Below, piece by piece: positions 39,572-51,321 of a stretch of DNA of 64,000 nucleotides. Both the position numbers and the translations under genes were made by a program. Position 1 is the first letter of the stretch. The number at the start of each line of letters is the position of its first letter. Below the pieces are notes generated by a model. That model did not search any database. It saw nothing but the letters and a program-made list of their open reading frames with translations, and was not told the DNA's origin. Source of the DNA: Takakia lepidozioides (Eukaryota > Plantae > Bryophyta); contig CM060732.1 of assembly GCA_030704615.1 (NCBI GenBank), forward strand, positions 48,856,001 to 48,920,000, in the 5' to 3' direction.

Positions 39572-40405
39572 TGTTGAGCGGCTTTTACTCACCCATCCCT
39601 TCGCTATCCGAGGTGGGAACTCCAAGATAGAAGAGTTGGATATCTCCAAGCACTCAACCCGCTCAGAACAATCAGTCATGACCTACAACTAGTGTATCAT
39701 GGGAGTGATTCCTGTTGTATTCCTTCTTGCCTTCATGGCAGCTAATTACCTTATTGTTTATATTTAAGCATCAGATTGCTTCAGCAAACTACCAGGTTCC
39801 AATCACTCATCCATTCATTCCACAGCTTCACTCATATCTCTCTACATAGTGTGAGTATGAAATGTGTATCAGATTAAGATCTATCAAGTATCAGGTTGAA
39901 GCCATAGTGTCCCTAGTCTACCCTACAGTACATCTCTACAGCTTGCATGTAATAAACCTCCATCAAATCATTATCTCCGCTTCTGTGTAATCGTCATCCC
40001 TGTGCTTCAAGATCGTGCCCCCCCGATGTCTAAGAAGTGATCCCCCAGAAGTCCCCGCTCTCCCTTTTATCTACCTACAAGCTATTCTAACCGCCTTCCT
40101 AACTAACCGTCACCCCTGAAGTAACATATTCCCTCTGCAGATGTCGTTCCCATACAGTCGTTCCCTGTCCATGTTAACCGTTCCCCCTGTACTGTGAGAA
40201 CTGTGCAAAACTGCATTGGGCTGTGTGAAGCTGTGACGGGCTGTGACTGGCTGTGTCAGGCTGTGTCGGGCTGTGACTGACTGTGATTGGTTGTGACGGA
40301 CTGTGACGATTGTGACGGGCTGTATCGGGCTGTGTTGGCTGTGGCGGCTGTGTCGGGCTGTGTCGAGTTGTGACGGGTTGTGTCGGGCTGTGTCGGGCTG
40401 TGTAA

Positions 40406-40436
<31 letters not shown>

Positions 40437-40544
40437 GCCCGCTGCTGTGACCCCTAAGGCTCCTGTTGGTCTCAGTCTGTGTAAAAATTAAGGGTACCCC
40501 ACAGAACCCGTAAAAACGTCTAAGTCCTAAGCAGCCCTCTAACA
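39572..40544 (-). repeat. 3' LTR of gypsy copy C, inserted in the integrase of copy B
   Basis: TG...CA ends; PPT at 40545-40561; expanded poly-C run at ~40405-40432. Confidence 0.92.
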
Positions 40545-40736
40545 TTTACCCCTCCCCCTCTCAAAAAGCCGTGTCCTCACGGTTTACTGTTTAGGATTAG
40601 CAAACCTTTGTGATCGAACACCCTTCTGACGGTGAGAGTCTCGTGAAGGACTCCATGTGCGAGCCCGAGTCTTGTCACTGGTTGACGGAGATGATTGAGT
40701 ACTACCCGAAAATGTCTGACCCTCCTTTGGCTGATA

Positions 40737-43541
40737 TCAAGGTAACCTCTCAGGCATAGGAGATCCCCGTCGTTTCTTCTCTGCCATCTGAATTGCATAG
40801 TCCTCTGCCATGTCAAAAGAGTCCGCTGAAGAAACAGTAGTATCAGAATCGTCGTCCCCCCTGAGGTGTTTTAACGGTCGAACTCTAACTGGAATCCTCT
40901 GGGGCATACAATGTGGTCCCACCATGCAAGTTTAAATTGCAGAACTTGCATGTAAGCGCTTAATGGCAAAATTGGTGAACACCCTGAACTCCTTGTCTGT
41001 ATAGGTGAGTGGTGTGCCAATGACTTGAGAACAGTGCAAGTATTTCCATGCCTCATGTCCCTTAAAGAAAATATCGTCAGGGCCAAATTTCTGTGTTGAC
41101 AAATTGTTCCAGGCCGAATGAAACCATGAACGAAGTTGGGAATCCTTTTGCTTCATATAGATACATATGAGGTGGCACTGAAGGTAAGACCCAATGATCC
41201 CCACTGGAATAACTCAGAAATCGCGATTGCATCTTCTACTGCTCAATGTGATAACGTGCCAGAAAACAAGCAGCATAGTATAATCCACAGCCCATGACAA
41301 TACTTGATACCTCGTTGGTTTTGGTATAAATGTACCCAAACTTGGAAGACAATTAATTCCTTCAACATGGTACCTGCTTCAGACCAGTACCTCGCAAAGT
41401 GATGATCCTCAATGGGTCGATTGTTCGGAAGAACCTTAGTCATAGTCGCCACTGGCAGCCAAATGCGCATGATCTGGTAGTAATGAGCCAACAATTGGGG
41501 CGGACTAAATTCCTTCCAAGCCAAATCCAACACAATGGGAATTTGGTTGAAGGGCATAATCATAGCCCGAGTGTACTCTCGTGCAGTAGGAGTCTTAGGT
41601 GGGTTAAAAGCAGCATCCCCCCATACCTTAGGTTGTGGTGTGGCTGTAGTAACAACAGGGTCAGCTACCTGCATAGTCACTTGTTGTGGTATTGGTACCA
41701 CTGGCCCTTCTACCACTGACATCTCCTGCACCCCTTGCGTAGAAGACTGAAAAATTAGAGTTGTGGCCTGTAAATAAGTAGCCATCAGTTGCTACTCAGG
41801 TACAAAGACTCTCTTGTCAATATTTGAACTCAGGTCCTCCACCTGAGTCTGCAGGCCTTCTATATCCTCTTGTAGCTCCGCTATCCTACTATAGACATTG
41901 TCTATAGTAGTTGTGACAATGTTCTGCACCTGCAGTCTGAGCTCATTCATCTCGCCCTGGGTGAGCTTCCGTGGTGCTTTGCCTTCCACCGGCCCTTGTG
42001 CTAACCAGACCTGCATAAGGTGGTTATCCACCAAGTTGTGTGTGGCACCCCTGAGTGTCTGCTCCTCTGTGAGCCTGTACACATCTATCTGCTGCTGTAA
42101 AGCTTCCATGCGCTTTGCATGAGGTTCAACCAAACTCGCATAGGCAGCAGCCAGATTATTGGCTTCCTTCCAAGCCTTGTTAGCCACAGAGAGTTCATTT
42201 CTATTTACCATGATCGTTTGTTGCAACTCCAGGATGTACCTCTCTTGGTCAGCTTCAACCTGTCTGTATTGCTTGAAAGTATTCTCATTGCGACAGATTG
42301 TATTCTTCATATCAACAATGAGTTTCGCCTACTCCACTGTCTCTGCCTCTGCCTTCATACATCTCTCCCCTTGTCTGTTAACTTCTAGTGCAGTTTGTTC
42401 AAGAGTAGTGGTGAGTGTAGCACATTGTATGGTCATCCTCTCATGTACTGCCTGCAACTCTATATGTAGTACATTCATTTCTTGCAACTTGCCCTCATGC
42501 TTCACCTGCATTTGGTATAACTGTTGTTTATGTGCTTCGTGCAACTGGTCTTGCGCGAGGCCTGCTTTAATCAAATGTTCCTTGGCCAACTGCAAATCAG
42601 CTTTTGTATCCTCTAACTCTTGCTGTAACTTGAGATTGACCTCCTCATCGACCTTGTTTGCACACTCAGTGGCAAGTCGAGCCTCAAACTCCTTCCTGAG
42701 TTCCTACCTCAAAGCTGCCAATTGGGTAGATGGAACATGGGATTTCACATAAGTGCCCAACAAATTAAGTGTCCTGCTTATGGAACTCATAAGCATGGCC
42801 TGCTGAGGGTCATCATGGTGAGCTTGCTATTGTTCTCCCTGATCCTCAACAGTGTGATGCCTCACGAACCATTCACGCCATTGCCCCACCAAATTTTCTT
42901 CCTGAACCACCTCATCCGCCACAGGTGCTGCAGTGTCTTGATATTCTACCCCTGGTACCTCCGTCACAGGTGTGGGTATTACATGCATGGCAGGGTTTCC
43001 CCTGGACAACCGCTGCACCTCTAGAATCATTGTTTCCCTTACCAAGCTAGAATTTTCATAGAGAAGGTCACCCTTCTCAATTTCGGCCACGACCTGCTCT
43101 GTAGTGGGAATGTCCAACCTTTCTCCTTCCAGAACAATTGGGGGTGACGCCACAACATATACTAACTGTGGAACCTCTAAAACAATAGAGTCAATTGGTT
43201 GTGGTGGCTGTGACATCGAATTGACTTCCTCTTCCCTCTCTGAAGGCCCTGCTTCCAATAATAGCAGCTCTCTGTGCTGCTGTGCCCCATCCTGCACAAA
43301 AGCTTGGGAAACATTATCGTGCGGTTTCCGTGAAGCCAATGGATCCGCCACTACAGTCTTACCCCGCCTCTATCTCTTAGACTGGTGTTGCGCTGCCAGT
43401 CCACCCTCACTGTGTGAAGAGCCTTGCTCTTCAATTGCAGTGGTTTCTGCCTCAAACACTCTCATCTCCTTACGTTCCCGAGTATCAAGTATGCAAGAAT
43501 CAAGAATTATTTGGGCAATGACTGGACCGGACACAATGATC
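40737..43541 (-). pseudogene. C-terminal part of the large extra ORF 3' of pol (coiled-coil plus aromatic C-terminal domain), copy C
   Basis: ORF pieces 42827-43351, 42329-42595, 41792-42310, 41243-41785, 40932-41204, 40737-40925 are homologous to those of copies A and B. Confidence 0.8.
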
Positions 43542-43784
43542 GGAGGTTAGCTATTTCATGAGCATGAGCGGCATAAGCGGCATGAGTGGAGTAGCAAGAC
43601 AATCGGTTTTCATGAGCAGAAGTACAAATTTCGAAAATAAAAAACATTATAAAACATTAATTTAATGCAATATGTCAGAAAAAACAAATATATTATTCGG
43701 CACCTTGAAGGGAAAATTGTAGTTTTGAGAGTTGTGCTCATCATATTTCGTCTTCCGCTCATGCCAATTCCCAGCGACATGTGC

Positions 43785-44170
43785 AAAAATGGCGCCGAAT
43801 TTCGCGGTAATAGTGTCCGTAACCGGAAAAAACCGCGACGTATTTCGCGGTAATAGGTCTCTCTGGCGAAAAATGGTGCCAAATTCCGCGGCTATAGGTC
43901 CCCTCATGACAGGTGTGTAAGCCCAAAATTTGGAAATGTGGCGCCAAATTTCGGTACATGGTGCCGGGGATTGCACAGATGTTGGGCAGTTCTGGGCCAT
44001 GTAACTGGAAATTCGGCGCCATTTTTCCAGTGCATGTTCGGACTTAGCCAGTTTTCGGCGCAAAATAGGGAAATTCGGCGCCATTTTTCCAGACACGGGT
44101 ACCAGTGCATGTTGGGACTTAGCCAATTTTCGGCCCAAAATAGAGAAATTCGGCACCATTTTTCCAGAAA
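43785..44170. repeat. Subterminal ~70-bp repeats containing GAAATTCGGCGCCATTTTTC
   Basis: Seen directly; more units in the sister copy (31420-31735). Confidence 0.85.
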
Positions 44171-44319
44171 TGGCCCCACAACTGCTGTTGGATCTCAGTT
44201 TGAATGGAATATTGCCTCATTCCAGGAGTTTTGGGGTGCATTTCATTACACTGCAAAAAAAAATCTGATACATGAAAATGCAATTGAAAATATCCATATG
44301 GAGGATTCCCTTTGCCCCA

Positions 44320-47300
44320 TCAATGATTTCTGGAATCCCTAAGGAGGAGTTTGTGCAGCTCGTTCACGCTCAACGCCGGTGCATGAATAAAGTCATCAAT
44401 AGTCACGTTCATCCTCAACCTCTTCAGGTAAATGTAATACAGATGCTTGCACGGATAATACTTTGAACCCTTCTTTGCTTCCATCAACGAGAAGTCCGTA
44501 CAATTGCAAGTCGGCTCCACTCCAATCGTAATTGTGTATACATCGTCGCGTACAGCTGAGCCGGCCGTTGCCATCCGATAAACACGCCCAAGGCTGGGTG
44601 GAGGTACGTCCACGGAGCTCTGAATAGTGCAAGCCATCCCAAGAGCATTGGCAATCCGAGTCTCATTCAACTTGTTGGGAGGGTGTCGTCTCTTCACTCT
44701 TCCAAATCGCATTGTGGGATGTGCAGAATTGTCCAATCCGTCTCTACTGGACCGAACAGTCTGCAATGGCTGGGTCTAAGGAATCGGAAATGCGTGGGCC
44801 GGGACATTTGTGCGTTGCACCATCCAAAATCCTGCTGCAGATAGAGCATCCGCCTCATTCTGAGAGAGGCTGCAACCCGGTGCAACAGGCCAGACGCCCG
44901 GAGGCTCCGGCATTCCCTGAATCCCGTACTTGGGCTTGCCAAATACACAGGTCATTATGTCGTGCCTACAGAACCAAAATGTCTGCGTTGTGGCGTGAGC
45001 AAATGTGGGAGTCAAAAATCTGCCGCTGAAACAAGGTGCAGGTACAACACTGTGTTGGTTCCTCCGAATCATCTCACCATAGCGTGCTCTCGTATCCACC
45101 CGGATGGCGCAGCACTTCCCTCGAAATGCCGGCAATGTCCTCGCAATTCTCCACTGTGACTCCGACACTCTTGTCTCCACAATGGGAATGTTGTACTGCT
45201 TTACTACAGATGGCTTGTTATGTTGCCGGGGCACGCGCCCTGTGCTCAAAGGAGATGGCGATCTTGAACGTGCAGGACTTGCGGTGCTCGACGAGACCTC
45301 TTCGGGCAACATCACCGGACCACGAGGGAGCGTGCGAATATTCTTGTCAGCTCGCCATGAATCATCTTCTCGCCAGGTGCCTCGTCAAGTCTTCGTCTCA
45401 CTGGACGGGTATGAAACATCTCCTTCCAAATGTTGGCCTCTTCGAAGCAATGGTGTGTCCCGAAGGCCCTCTCGCAAGGCCGCCGCCCACTTCTGAGGAT
45501 TCTTCGATCTGGAAGCAGTCCGCATCAACATTTCCTGCCTGTCCGGCCCCAAGCCCCACTGTTTCCCTTTCAAGAACTCGTTGTACCTGCTTTGCTGCAT
45601 AATTGACCTCACAATGTCCTCCGTTGTGGCAGTGAGGATGTCCACGAGATGCGTCGCAAAGGAGGCACGCTAGGAAGAGTGCACTAATTCGGCCATGTTT
45701 GTCGTGGGCATGTCGGTGTCGGAGTCGAGACACATTTCCTGCACAAGCACATGTTGAGGTTAAACAAGTTACAAATAATGCCAAGAATAATATTCAACGG
45801 GACGCAAATTCGTGCAACTCACCTCCCGCATATAGTCGCCGAACTAGAGGAAACGATAATGCCACCATGCTAGCCAACTGACCATTGCTCCCTCGTCTGA
45901 TTTCCTTACAGCACCTGACGATGTCCATCAAGCCCGTATACATGCAAACTGTGTCTCTGCATCATCCAAGGTGAGAGCGTGCTTCCACGCAAGACACATG
46001 GAACGGTGCTCCTCTCTGAAATCTGGCGCCATAAGCCTGGTTGTGTACTGCGAAAGGCTCTGCAGAAAATGGAACCCACAAGATCTCTCCTTGCCTTCCA
46101 TGGGAACATTGGGGTCTTGCCCGTACACCCTTCGGATGGCAGCCCAATTTGCTTGTGCGTTGTCTGCCATGAAACCACAGAAATTGGGAGGGGCAATCCC
46201 GCCTGGCCATCTGTTCATTTATTCCCTGCCAAAGAAGCATCTCCATTGTGTGTCCTCTCCTTTCATCTCACAAATAGCAATTGTCATTAGCATCCTGCAG
46301 TGGGTGTCGTAGACATGTGCACCCATTGTCACCCACTGGTGATTTGTAATTCGCTTGATATGGTCGAACATGACCCAATTGTTTGACAAGTCCCCACTCG
46401 TCATCCTATCGACCAGTTCGACGCCGCTGCCAGGTCCACACGTCGACATTTTGAATACGAAACAACGATCTGCCTCAGTCCCTTGTCCTGGAAACCGACT
46501 TCCATGAATGTAGTCATATCCACATCGTCGCTTCACCTCCAGAATGGAGTGCATATCCGAGCCACGCCCAATTTTCTGTTTGCATGACACAATGTGGTTT
46601 CGGACATTCGGTGAACAGATGTGGGACACCGACTCCAGCAATGCCTCCATTTCCTTGTCATCGAGAGGAACTCTGTCGGAGCCGTCTTCCGACATAATTC
46701 TTGCCAACGCCATCTTATGGGCGGCTTGGAGCTATATCTGTTTGGGTTTGGCACCCGGTCTCAACTTAACCTCCTCCTGAACGAGCTGCTCTGCCTCGTG
46801 GGCAACCTCCCGCGAGTTCCCCCTCGCCAATTTGTGACAATGGGAACCAACGTGTATGCAAACTCGGGTGAGGTCAGGGAAACGGTGCAACACATAGAAC
46901 TGCTTGGCATTACAAACAGACATGCAGATGTGGTTCTTTGCAATGCGCACACTTAAATGTGGAGTTCGGAACCTTCTCCTGAGCTCGAAATGGTTGATGA
47001 GTTGTGCTTGTCCAATCGGTCTCGTTCCTGTGACCTCTGGATTTAAAGTGGAAGCAAGTTGGGGAGAAACACCGCAACGCGCCCGCACAAACAACGTAGC
47101 GCACCCGCACACCATCGAGCATCTTCATGCTGGTGGTTTTGGTAACACACCAAGGATGACCGTCATGTTTTCTATCCATATCTGTCAACATTCCGGACGC
47201 CCTCGAGTAGTCCGCCCGAGGAGGGAACTCAAAGAAGACATTACCGTCGACGTCTGCGGGAAGACATGTAACCGATTTAATTGCGAACTTGCTGTAGTCC

Positions 47301-47947
47301 AGCCCGGCCAGCTCCGAGCGGTGTCCCTCCATGTGAAGCCCTCACATAATTTCAAGAATAGATCGAACTGCGGTGCTCGTGCTAGGAATATGACTCCCTT
47401 GTCCACTGACGTCCATTGAGGACTTGCCTGATCTCCAGGACGATCTCGGAACTTCCATGACCTCGTCTGAGTCGGATAGGTTGTGAACAACCCGGTTCTC
47501 GCTCGTCTTCATTGATGGGTTCGGCTCTGGATTTACTTCGTTGCGGACTTCTCTCTTTGAGGTACCCACTCTCTGATTCGCGGATTGTTTTGTTGAAGGC
47601 GCCAGGATAGAAGGTGCATTTGGCGGGCAAATGAAGTCCCCAACAGCCCTGTATATGACGTTGTCCGATGGTGGAACTCGCCATTCCCTGCCATCGCCGA
47701 AATCATCGTGGAGCACAACAATACTCTCGACAACAATGTCGTTTGAGTCCTTCTTTTCCTCCTCCAAAAAAACCGACCCCGGTTTCAGGTGGTATCGAAC
47801 GCACAGATATTTCTCCATCACCCGGCAGATGTCCCCTCTGCACGGAAATGAAGCTCTATGCTCGTGAGGAGGGCTATACACTGTAGCGCTCGGGTTTTCC
47901 GCCATGGGAGATGTGCACACAAGACTGCCAGGATGGCGTGCGGGCAA
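44320..47947 (-). pseudogene. MULE-type DDE transposase with N-terminal Cys/His (WRKY/GCM1-like) finger and C-terminal SWIM finger
   Basis: CAGALRC..C...CAHC...C...HVGSHCH; D1 WVMFDHIKR; D2 FMADNAQA; CxxH SCGFHF; after an intron (~45740-45822) PTTNMAELVH (catalytic E); SWIM YTITI...CNCTDF...CKHLY. Frameshifts and stops present. Confidence 0.85.
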
Positions 47948-48129
47948 GCTCCCTGGTAGAAGGGGGATGCAGCGATGGGAAGGAATGCGGTGCCGATTTG
48001 TCCGAGCGACGAAGCCTGATCCAAATCCAGGAAGCCAACTATCTCAAAAATCCACAGTCAGAGTGTTAATGAACCTTGTCTCCGGAATGCGGCCCCTGGT
48101 CTTTGCGCAATAACTGCCAACGGTATGCA

Positions 48130-49600
48130 GTCAGAAAGTGGGGGGCCGTCCGGATGATGTCGGCTGAAGGGGAGAAGCCGGCACCGTGTCGTCACATCAC
48201 TACCCCCGAATGGAAATTCGGCACCGAATATCCAACCGGGGCCGCACGGATGAAGTCGCCTGGGGCAGAGAGGCCGACACCTGTCCGACAGAGAACATCC
48301 CCCGGATGGAAATTCAGCGCCGAATTTCCATCCGGATCCCCCCAAAGGAAGTCGTGTCGGGGGGTCAGGCCGAAAACAGGTCGACATAAAAACCTCCCCG
48401 GATGGAAAAACGGCGCCGAATTTCCATCCGGGGCCGTTCGGAGGCAGTCGGGGAGGGGGGAGAGGCCGGCACCTGGCCGTCACATTTCAACCCCCGGACG
48501 GAAATTCGGCACCGAATATCCAACAGGGGACGCCCGGATGAAGTCGCCTCGGGCGGAGAGGCCGGCACGTGTTCGGCAGAGAGCATCCCCAGGATGGAGA
48601 TTCGGCGCCGAATTTCCATCCGGGCCCCCCAAAGGAAGTCGTGACGGGGGGTCAGGCCGAAAACTGGTCGACATAAAACCTCCCCGAATGGAAAAACGGC
48701 GCCGAATTTCCATCCGGGGCCGTTCGGATGCAGTCGGGGAGGGGGGAGAGGCCGGCACCTGGACGTCACATTTCAACCCCCGGACGGAAATTCGGCACCG
48801 AATATCCAACAGGGGACGCCCGGATGAAGTCGCCTCGGGCGGAGAGGCCGGCACGTGTCCGACAGAGAGCATCCCCTGGATGGAGATTTGGCGCCGAATT
48901 TCCATCCGGCCCCCCCCCAAAGGAAGTCGTGTCGGGGGGTCAGGCCGAAAACTGGTCGACATAAAAACCTCCCCGGATGGAAAAACGGCGCCGAATTTCC
49001 ATCCGGGGCCGCTCGGATGCAGTCGGGAGGGGGGAGAGGCCGGCACCTGGCTGTCACATTGCAACCCCCGGACGGAAATTCGGCACCGAATATCCAACAG
49101 GGGACGCCCGGATGAAGTCGCCTCGGGCGGAGAGGCCGGCACGTGTCCGACAGAGAGCATCCCCTGGATGGAGATTCGGCGCCGAATTTCCATCCGGGCC
49201 CCCCAAAGGAAGTCGTGTCGGGGGGTCAGGCCGAAAACTGGTCGACATAAAAACCTCCCCGGATGGAAAAACGGCGCCGAATTTCCATCCGGGGCCGTTC
49301 GGATACAGTCGGGGAGGGGGGAGAGGCCGGCACCTGGCCGTCACATTTCAACCCCTGGACGGAAATTCGGCACCGAATATCCAACAGGGGACGCCCGGAT
49401 GAAGTCGCCTCGGGCGGAGAGGACGGCACGTGTCCGACAGAGAGCATCCCCCGGATGGAAATTCGGCACCGAATTTCCATCCGGGCCCCATCAAAGGAAG
49501 TCCGGTCGGGTGGTGAGGCCAAAAACTTGACGATATAAAAACCTCCCAGGATGGAAAAACGGCGCCGAATTTCCGTCCGGGGCCGTTCCGATTTCCCTCT
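48130..49600. repeat. ~287-bp tandem repeat x5, three palindrome copies per unit
   Basis: Anchor gtcacat at 48191, 48479, 48765, 49053, 49340; motifs ggaaattcggcaccgaatatcc, ggagattcggcgccgaatttcc, ggaaaaacggcgccgaatttcc. Confidence 0.95.
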
Positions 49601-49699
49601 AGCAGTCGGGGAGTCCATGAAAACGTGTCTAAAAGTGGACTTCAGCCACAAAACTAACAGTTTACCGTGTTTTTCTCCGAAAAACCAAGCGGCCACGCT

Positions 49700-50230
49700 C
49701 AGAATTACCTGCAGGATGGTAATTCGACGCTTAGACTTACCTGGCGGATGGAAATTCGGCGCCGAATTTCCATCCATCCGGGCTCCGAATTACCTGCATG
49801 ACGGAAATGCGGCGCTTGAAATTACCTGCAGGATGGAAATTCGGCGCCGAATTTCCATTCTGCGGCGCTCCGAATTACCTGCATGATGAAAATTTGGCGC
49901 GCCGCCCTATCTGGCGGATGGAAATCCGGCGCTGGATTTCCATCCATCCGTGCGCAGAATTACCTGTGTGACGGAAATTTCGCGCGCTGCCCTACCTGGC
50001 GGATGGAAATCCAGCGCCGGATTTCCATCCATCCGGCTCCGAATTACCAGCACGACAAAAATTTGGCGCGCCGCCCTACCTGGCGGATGGAAATCCGGCG
50101 CCGGATTTCCATCCATCCGGCTCCGAATTACCAGCATGACGAAAATTTGGTGCGCCGCCCTACCTGGCGGATGGAAATCCGGCGCCGGATTCCCATCCTG
50201 CCGCGCTCCGAATTACCTCTACGTTGGAAA
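49700..50230. repeat. ~85-bp tandem repeat built on a 30-bp palindrome GGATGGAAATYCGGCGCCGRATTTCCATCC
   Basis: ggcggatggaaat at ~49743, 49913, 49998, 50083, 50166. Confidence 0.92.
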
Positions 50231-51321
50231 TTCGGGGCCGAGTTGCGTAATATTTCATTCGACATGGAGGGCTTCATCCGACATTTAATTGCGTAGTTGG
50301 GCATTAAATGTCCACCGCCGTCCGTTTTGATTCGGGCTGGCGATACAGGGATTCCGCGGTTGCTTCCTCGATACGTACCCTAAATCTGATGCTAAACTTG
50401 GATTAACTTCTATTCGAGGCATGTACCCCAAAAAACTGAGATCTTTTTTCTTTTTGGCTGGGGCTTATGCCGCCTGAAGGGCGTGGCTCTCCTGAGAGAG
50501 ACCCCACATCTAGACCGCGGCGGAAGTTGAGAGCTTTGTGCTTTGGACGACGGCCAATCTCTCGCATGGCCAAACTTAAGCTCCAGCAGGAGATTCCAGT
50601 GTCTTGCTCACAACCCGCGCCAACTGAAGCCGAGTACTCTCAGGCAAGCCACTTCTGCTTTCGCTTTTGCTTTTGCTTTTGCTTTCGCTTTGTTGTTTCG
50701 CTTTGTTTTCGCATCTTCATCCTGGCATCGCTGGAAGCATATGGTTGCATCGCAAAAGCAGGAGCTGTTGCGAAAAATGATCAAGGTCTGAGTGGTTAAA
50801 AATTAAGGAAATCCATGCTGAGCTGAGAAGAATGTCTGAGCAGATGAAGTGCCTTCAAAACATTTCACCTTGTTTTCCCGTCTTATGGAATTCCTGATCA
50901 TTTGTTCATCGTGTTTCATATTACCGGTTGAGTGAACCTTACATAGTTTGCAATGCGTGTGCAAAGCCGACAGCTCTGGAGAAGGTTGCTTGTGCATGTC
51001 ATTCTTAGGCATTGGTTGGATTTGTTTTCATTGTTGTTCCATGGCACTCCATACTTCCTAAACTTGTTTTGTTTTCATTGTTGTTCCACGATTGTTGCTA
51101 TGGTGGTTGCGCTGCTCGTTGCGATGCTGGTTTTGGCACCGATGTTGGTTCTCACGATTTTTGGGAATGACAGAGTGACGACGAGCCCGACACGCTGGTG
51201 GTATCATCGACAGCTCCAACTCATCGCATGTTTGAATCGCCCAACTTGGGGCGAGAGGGCAAACTTAAGCCTTTTGTTGGTGGACGGGAGGACCTGCAGC
51301 GAGAGTACGACATAATAGGCA

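Noticed and set aside
48076-49530. 484-aa ORF and many overlapping ORFs
   Set aside because: By-product of a GC-rich 287-bp tandem repeat; the same peptides recur in shifting frames on both strands.
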